Shown in pieces: positions 59,146 through 64,000 of a stretch of DNA of 64,000 nucleotides. This DNA is from Candidatus Hermodarchaeota archaeon. GTDB lineage: Archaea > Asgardarchaeota > Thorarchaeia > Thorarchaeales > Thorarchaeaceae. Within the stretch, counting starts at the first letter, position 1, and every line of letters begins with the position of its first letter. The stretch spans positions 67,547 to 131,546 of the forward strand of contig JBHLLF010000005.1 of NCBI GenBank assembly GCA_048885865.1, written 5' to 3'. The notes below the pieces were generated by a model. The model saw nothing but the letters and a program-made list of their open reading frames with translations, was not told where the DNA came from and ran no database searches. Both the position numbers and the translations under genes were made by a program.

Positions 59146-59775
59146 ATGCCTGAGTGGGAAGACATCTTCGAGGAAAAGGGGAGAGTGTTCACAGAGCCCC
59201 ATCAAGACATGGAGAAAGTTGTCCAGGTCTTTCAGGAGCATCACGTGAAGAGGGTCTTAGATGTCGGATGTGGGTCTGGTCGTCACCTAGTCTTTCTTTC
59301 TAAGAACGGCTTTGATACCTATGGGTTTGATGTATCTCGGAGTGCCCTCTCCCTTGCCCAGGAATGGCTTCAAGAAGAGGGCCTTCAAGCCACAATAATT
59401 AGGCATCAGATGGAGGAAAGATTTCCATATGAGACCTCGTTCTTCGACGCTGTAGTATCAACACAGGTGATTCATCACAATCGAATGCGCGAGATTCTTT
59501 TCACAGTCGGCGAGATTGAGCGGGTCCTCCGCCCTCGTGGTGTCCTCTTTGTTTCTTTTCCAATATTCTCCAAAGTTCCAAGCGAGGGGGACAAAGATTG
59601 GAAACTAGAAGAGATTGAACCAGGAACCTATATCCCGCAACGTGGCCCAGAAGCTGGGATACCCCACCATTACTTCACCGAAGAGGAGATCTACGAGGTC
59701 TTCTCGAATTTCGAAATTAGAGGCATTCACATTGATGAAACAAGACACAGATGCGTTCTTGGTTTCAAGAAGTAG
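59146..59775 (+). CDS. Class I SAM-dependent methyltransferase
   Basis: VLDVGCGSGRH, FDAVV, RVLRPRG. Confidence 0.9.
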   Translation: MPEWEDIFEEKGRVFTEPHQDMEKVVQVFQEHHVKRVLDVGCGSGRHLVFLSKNGFDTYGFDVSRSALSLAQEWLQEEGLQATIIRHQMEERFPYETSFFDAVVSTQVIHHNRMREILFTVGEIERVLRPRGVLFVSFPIFSKVPSEGDKDWKLEEIEPGTYIPQRGPEAGIPHHYFTEEEIYEVFSNFEIRGIHIDETRHRCVLGFKK

Positions 59776-59780
59776 CTAAT

Positions 59781-60968
59781 TCACATTTCTAATCCAAAAG
59801 TTGGAAAAATGAGTTCCTTCACCTTTTCGATGGTTTCATCCACTGCTCTTCTCACCTTTGATTCATGCTCTGCATACATTCTCTGAGGTCGGTCAGTCCA
59901 TCCCCCTCGTTTCACCTCGAAGCCATGTTTGTGGCATAGCTCTATCCATTCTGCTGGAACCAAGGGTGGTAGTGCGATGTCAGCTAGGTCTGCAAGAAGC
60001 ACCGTCCAGACTCGTGCGGCAGCAACTGGATGATATCCGCCACCGCCTACAATAACCAGTTTCTTGTTTCCTAGATGCGCCAGTTGGCGTACAGTCTTCG
60101 ATAGGCGATAATAAGTGTCAAGATTCAGAAGGAGGTCTGAGAGTGGATCATCCATGTGAGCATCTGCACCAGCATTCCAAAACACCAAGTCGGGCTTGTA
60201 AGCCAACCATATGGGTACAACCAGTTCTTCAAAAGCCTTCCAATACTCGAAATCGTCAGTGAGCGGAGGCAATGGAATGTTCACAGAGTAGCCCTTTCCT
60301 TCACCAATTCCAATCTCTTCTGGTCGCCCAGTCCCAGGATAGAAGCCCATGCTCAGTTCGTGAGTTGAGATAGTCAGTACCGTAGGATCATGATAGAACG
60401 CTTCTTGTGTTGCGTCACCATGATGGACATCAGTGTCCAAGTACAATACCTTCTTGCCGGGATACTTCTCTTGAAACTTCTTGATTGCTACCACTGTGTC
60501 ATTTAGATAGCAGAACCCTCCGGCATTCGAGCTATAGGCGTGGTGAAACCCACCGATGATTGACATTGCGTCTTCGAATTTTCCATCAGCGACGCCCATA
60601 ACTGCATCAATAGTTGCACCTACTGGATAGCTTGCGTATTTATCCACCTGATGGAACACTGGACACTCATCTGTGTCAAGCCCGAAACGTGAGGAGAATG
60701 CAGACCCCATGTTGCCGAACAGCTCCAGGGTTTCGATGTATGAGGGGTCATGATAGAGCGCCAGCTCCTCGCGAGTGGCCAGCCTCATCTGATGCAAGGA
60801 AACCCTGTCACTCTTAATCAGCCCTGACATGACTGGCAAACTCCAAGTTATATCAAGCCGGGGTCTGTTCCAGAACGGGTTCGGTTCCATCCTCATGGTG
60901 TCCAGCTCGTCAATCCCGTCCATCTTGAGCAGTTCTTCGGGACTGAACACAGCTGTTAAGTTGGACAA
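59781..60968 (-). CDS. acuC: AcuC-like (class I) deacetylase
   Basis: GGFHHA, GFCYLND, DTDVHHGD, PGTG, GADAH..DPL, GGGGY. Confidence 0.88.
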   Translation of the reverse strand: MSNLTAVFSPEELLKMDGIDELDTMRMEPNPFWNRPRLDITWSLPVMSGLIKSDRVSLHQMRLATREELALYHDPSYIETLELFGNMGSAFSSRFGLDTDECPVFHQVDKYASYPVGATIDAVMGVADGKFEDAMSIIGGFHHAYSSNAGGFCYLNDTVVAIKKFQEKYPGKKVLYLDTDVHHGDATQEAFYHDPTVLTISTHELSMGFYPGTGRPEEIGIGEGKGYSVNIPLPPLTDDFEYWKAFEELVVPIWLAYKPDLVFWNAGADAHMDDPLSDLLLNLDTYYRLSKTVRQLAHLGNKKLVIVGGGGYHPVAAARVWTVLLADLADIALPPLVPAEWIELCHKHGFEVKRGGWTDRPQRMYAEHESKVRRAVDETIEKVKELIFPTFGLEM

Positions 60969-61082
60969 ACCTTCTCCTCCATCATTGAGTGGAGTGTCAG
61001 GACTGGTGATTTAGTTGATATTATTTCTGGTGTGCCAATGTTGGGTTTCGACTTCTCTAGGTAGGGCCCTCTTTTAGCTGCA

Positions 61083-62168
61083 ATGAACCAGGCACCAATT
61101 CGAAACGCTCATTATCCCAAGACAAGTGAAGTGCTATTCATGTCCAAGTTCGATCTTCTCAAACAAACATTTCTTGGAAACCTAGGGGAGAGCATACCAA
61201 TCTCAATCTGGAAACATCACCCGGAGAAAGACCGGACACCTGAGGGGCTTTCAACCGAGGAGATTGCATTCCACAAGAAGTTCAACCATGACCTCCTAAA
61301 GGTTTCATTTCACGGAAGATACCCAGTGGTTGACTGGGGATGCGAGGCAGTCTACGACGGTGCAATCTCAGGTTCTACAACCTGTGAAAGATGTGTGATT
61401 CAGGAGGCCAGCGACTGGGAGGTCTTGGAACCACTCGATGTCAACAGTGGTGAGTTCGGGCAACAGGTCCGTGCGATTGAACTGATACAAAGATATGCAC
61501 AGGACAAGGTCCCCACCATGGCAACTGTATTCGACCCTTCAATGGTGGCGGATAAGCTTAGCGAGAGGCCATTGACGGATTACATGGATGAAAACCCAGA
61601 TGTTCTCGAAACAGTCCTCGAGATGATAGCAAATGTAATGATTGACTTCGCAAGGGCAACCCTTGAAGCAGGGGCTGATGGGATTTTCATCGCCACACAG
61701 CATTCCACGCATGCATCAGTGACAGATGACCAATACAAGAAGTTCGTCTACCCGTTTGATTCAAGACTAATATCAAAAATCCGAGGAAAGGCTAAGTTCA
61801 TGGTGATGCATCTTCACGCCAAAGAAGAGAATGAGAAGATTCGATTTGAGAAGATTGCAGCCACACCAGGCATAGATGCGCTGAATTGGGAGGACCAGAG
61901 TGCAGCCCTAACGCTTTCTGTTGGAAAGAAGAAGTCAAGAAAGACCGTCATGGGTGGAATTGACCACAATGGCATTTTCAGAACAGGGACCCCTGAGGAG
62001 GCTGAGGAGCAGGTCTTAAAGGCTGTTCGAGAGGCAGGACTAAAGCGACTGGTAGTCGCCCCCGGATGTGTAATCACTATAGACACACCCATGGAGAACA
62101 TACATGGGGTAGTGGACTCTATTCGATCAATCAATCCTTGGGCTAAGGAGTGGGAGGCATACTCTTGA
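61083..62168 (+). CDS. Uroporphyrinogen decarboxylase-family protein (start probably ATG at 61140)
   Basis: EAGADGIF, HLH, MGGID, VVAPGC...TP.EN. Confidence 0.8.
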   Translation: MNQAPIRNAHYPKTSEVLFMSKFDLLKQTFLGNLGESIPISIWKHHPEKDRTPEGLSTEEIAFHKKFNHDLLKVSFHGRYPVVDWGCEAVYDGAISGSTTCERCVIQEASDWEVLEPLDVNSGEFGQQVRAIELIQRYAQDKVPTMATVFDPSMVADKLSERPLTDYMDENPDVLETVLEMIANVMIDFARATLEAGADGIFIATQHSTHASVTDDQYKKFVYPFDSRLISKIRGKAKFMVMHLHAKEENEKIRFEKIAATPGIDALNWEDQSAALTLSVGKKKSRKTVMGGIDHNGIFRTGTPEEAEEQVLKAVREAGLKRLVVAPGCVITIDTPMENIHGVVDSIRSINPWAKEWEAYS

Positions 62169-63880
62169 CCAAGAACCGAGATGTGGCTCTTGCACTGAGA
62201 GAGATTTCACTCCTCCTTCAGATTGAGGGCGAGGACAAGTTCAAGCATCTTTCATACGCTAGAGCGGCAAGATCTGTCACGGGACTAGGAGAGGATATAG
62301 AAACCATCAGGGGAAGAGGTGAGCTCCAGCAGATTCCGGGTGTGGGCAAGGCAATCGCACAGAAGATTGAGGACTTCATTGATACTGGTTCAATCAAATT
62401 ACTGAACGAGCTTAGAGAGCGAATACCAGTGAAAGTCTGGGAGCTAGAAGCAATCCCAGATGTCGGTCCTAAGACAATCAAGCTGCTATATCAGGAACTG
62501 GGCATCACCGACCTTGAATCGCTCGAGAAAGCACTCAATGAGGGCAAGCTCGAAGGTCTGAAGGGTATGGGCACGAAGACCATTGCAAATATGCAAGACG
62601 GAATAGCAATTGCTCGATTAGGGAAGTCAAGAACATTGCTATCGGACGCTATGTCAGCAGCAGAAGATGTTGTTGCTAGTTTACGTAAACTGACTGATGT
62701 TAAGCAGATTGAGGTAGCTGGTTCATTACGCCGACGAAGAGAAACCATTGGCGACATCGATATCCTTGTGGATGCAGATGATGGAGCTAAGGTGATGGAT
62801 GCCTTCATTGGCGGCGAAAATGTATCTGAGGTGCTAGCTCATGGCCCAACTAAGTCTGCAATACGAACGACAGACGGCTTCCAAATCGACGTGAGAATCG
62901 TTCCGACAGAGAGCTATGGTGCAGGGATGCAATACTTCACTGGTAGCGTGGACCATAACGTCAAGCTTCGAACAATTGGTGTGAAGATGGGATTACGCCT
63001 GAATGAATATGGCCTCTACAAAGGTGAGAAGCAGATTGCAGGAGCAAACGAGGAGGGCATTTACTCTGCTCTCGGCCTTGCATATATCCCACCAGAGCTA
63101 AGAGAGGACAGAGGTGAGATTGAGGCTGCCCAAGAGGCCAAGTTGCCAACACTAATTCGACTGAAGGACATACGTGGAGACCTTCATAGCCACACTGATC
63201 AGTCGGATGGGAAGAATACAATTGATGAGATGCTTACCGCCGCAGCCAAGAAGAAGTACGAATACTACTGTGTGTCTGACCATACTCAGAGCCTAACCAT
63301 TGCCAATGGCATGGATGAGTCACGACTGCTGAAGCGAATCGACGAGATCGATGATCTGAACACCTCTGGCCGCTGGAAGATGAGGATATTGAAAGGTGCT
63401 GAGGTCGACATTCTCGCAGATGGTGGTCTTGACATTGAGGACAGTGTCCTTAGCCAACTTGATGTCGTCACGGTTTCAGTCCACAGTCGAATGAAGGATG
63501 ACAGGAAGACGATGACGGAGAGAGTATGTCATGCCCTTGAGAACAAACACATCCACATCTTGGGACATCCATCGGGACGGCTTCTTCTGAGACGACCAGA
63601 GTTTGAAATTGACCTTGAGGCAGTGTTTGAAACGGCAAAGCAACACAACGTCGTGATGGAACTCAACGCTCATCCACAGCGATTGGATCTCAATGCAGGG
63701 AATTTAAGAGCCGCAACTAAGATGGGGCTTAAGGTTGCTATTAACACAGACGCACACTATATCCAAGAACTTGACCACATGCAATTCGGAGTGTTTCAAG
63801 CTCAAAGAGGATGGCTGACAAAGAAGGACGTGGTGAATACTTACAGTCTATCTAAACTCATGAAGGCAATTAAGAAATGA
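62165..63880 (+). CDS. polX: DNA polymerase X fused to PHP domain
   Basis: IPGVGK HhH, GSLRR..ETIGDIDIL, YFTGS..HN, HSHT..SDG, INTDAH; TTG start overlaps upstream TGA. Confidence 0.95.
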   Translation: MTKNRDVALALREISLLLQIEGEDKFKHLSYARAARSVTGLGEDIETIRGRGELQQIPGVGKAIAQKIEDFIDTGSIKLLNELRERIPVKVWELEAIPDVGPKTIKLLYQELGITDLESLEKALNEGKLEGLKGMGTKTIANMQDGIAIARLGKSRTLLSDAMSAAEDVVASLRKLTDVKQIEVAGSLRRRRETIGDIDILVDADDGAKVMDAFIGGENVSEVLAHGPTKSAIRTTDGFQIDVRIVPTESYGAGMQYFTGSVDHNVKLRTIGVKMGLRLNEYGLYKGEKQIAGANEEGIYSALGLAYIPPELREDRGEIEAAQEAKLPTLIRLKDIRGDLHSHTDQSDGKNTIDEMLTAAAKKKYEYYCVSDHTQSLTIANGMDESRLLKRIDEIDDLNTSGRWKMRILKGAEVDILADGGLDIEDSVLSQLDVVTVSVHSRMKDDRKTMTERVCHALENKHIHILGHPSGRLLLRRPEFEIDLEAVFETAKQHNVVMELNAHPQRLDLNAGNLRAATKMGLKVAINTDAHYIQELDHMQFGVFQAQRGWLTKKDVVNTYSLSKLMKAIKK

Positions 63881-63954
63881 GGACGCCGCTGAAACATCAA
63901 AATCCTTAATTCCATTTTCATATCTATAGATACAATATTGTACTGGAATGTGAG

Positions 63955-64000
63955 ATGAATCGATTGAGTTCAAGACGGACCCTTCTTGAAAGAGCACAGG
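63955..64000 (+). CDS. Possible start of an ORF truncated by the window end
   Basis: ATG open to the window end after an AT-rich intergenic region. Confidence 0.3.
   Translation, partial: MNRLSSRRTLLERAQ

Noticed and set aside
62165-63880. Possibly inactive (non-canonical) PolX
   Set aside because: The catalytic GDIDIL and IDVR aspartates are intact, so this is an ordinary PolX-PHP.
1-64000. CRISPR arrays, rRNA genes, transposases, integrases
   Set aside because: No regularly spaced repeats, rRNA-like sequence or recombinase/transposase motifs seen by eye.

Overview
Archaeal chromosomal window, most likely from an Asgard archaeon (Thorarchaeia-like). This is inferred from the H4MPT C1 genes mch/fwdC/ftr, an RPC34-like gene, an SmAP3-like Sm protein, Gar1, SRP19, FtsZ, GGAGGTGA-type ribosome-binding sites and BHB tRNA introns. 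It carries a short ribosomal block (rpl3-rpl4-rpl23-rpl2) followed by an RHH regulator-ftsZ pair, and three tRNAs: Thr-GGT, Pro-TGG with a 37/38 intron, and Ile-GAT with a non-canonical T-loop intron. There is also an acetate module (two acyl-CoA hydrolase/transferase-GNAT fusions, an OFA transporter, acs), two deacetylases, PolX-PHP and many accessory genes. Most notable: (i) twice, a cargo gene sits between an intact conserved gene and a diverged second copy of that gene's 3' end (tRNA-Ile; acs), with no integrase present and divergence that looks like a different functional allele rather than simple decay; (ii) a HypD-like glycyl radical enzyme lacking the catalytic Cys-loop Glu; (iii) a 1289-aa exported protein with a caspase/CHAT-like His-Cys dyad and a hydrophobic C-terminus, followed by small membrane ORFs; (iv) a probable Pat-type acetylation switch on Acs; (v) an unannotated 29-aa Cys/Lys-rich peptide behind palindromic operators. 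All family assignments come from motif recognition, not database searches.
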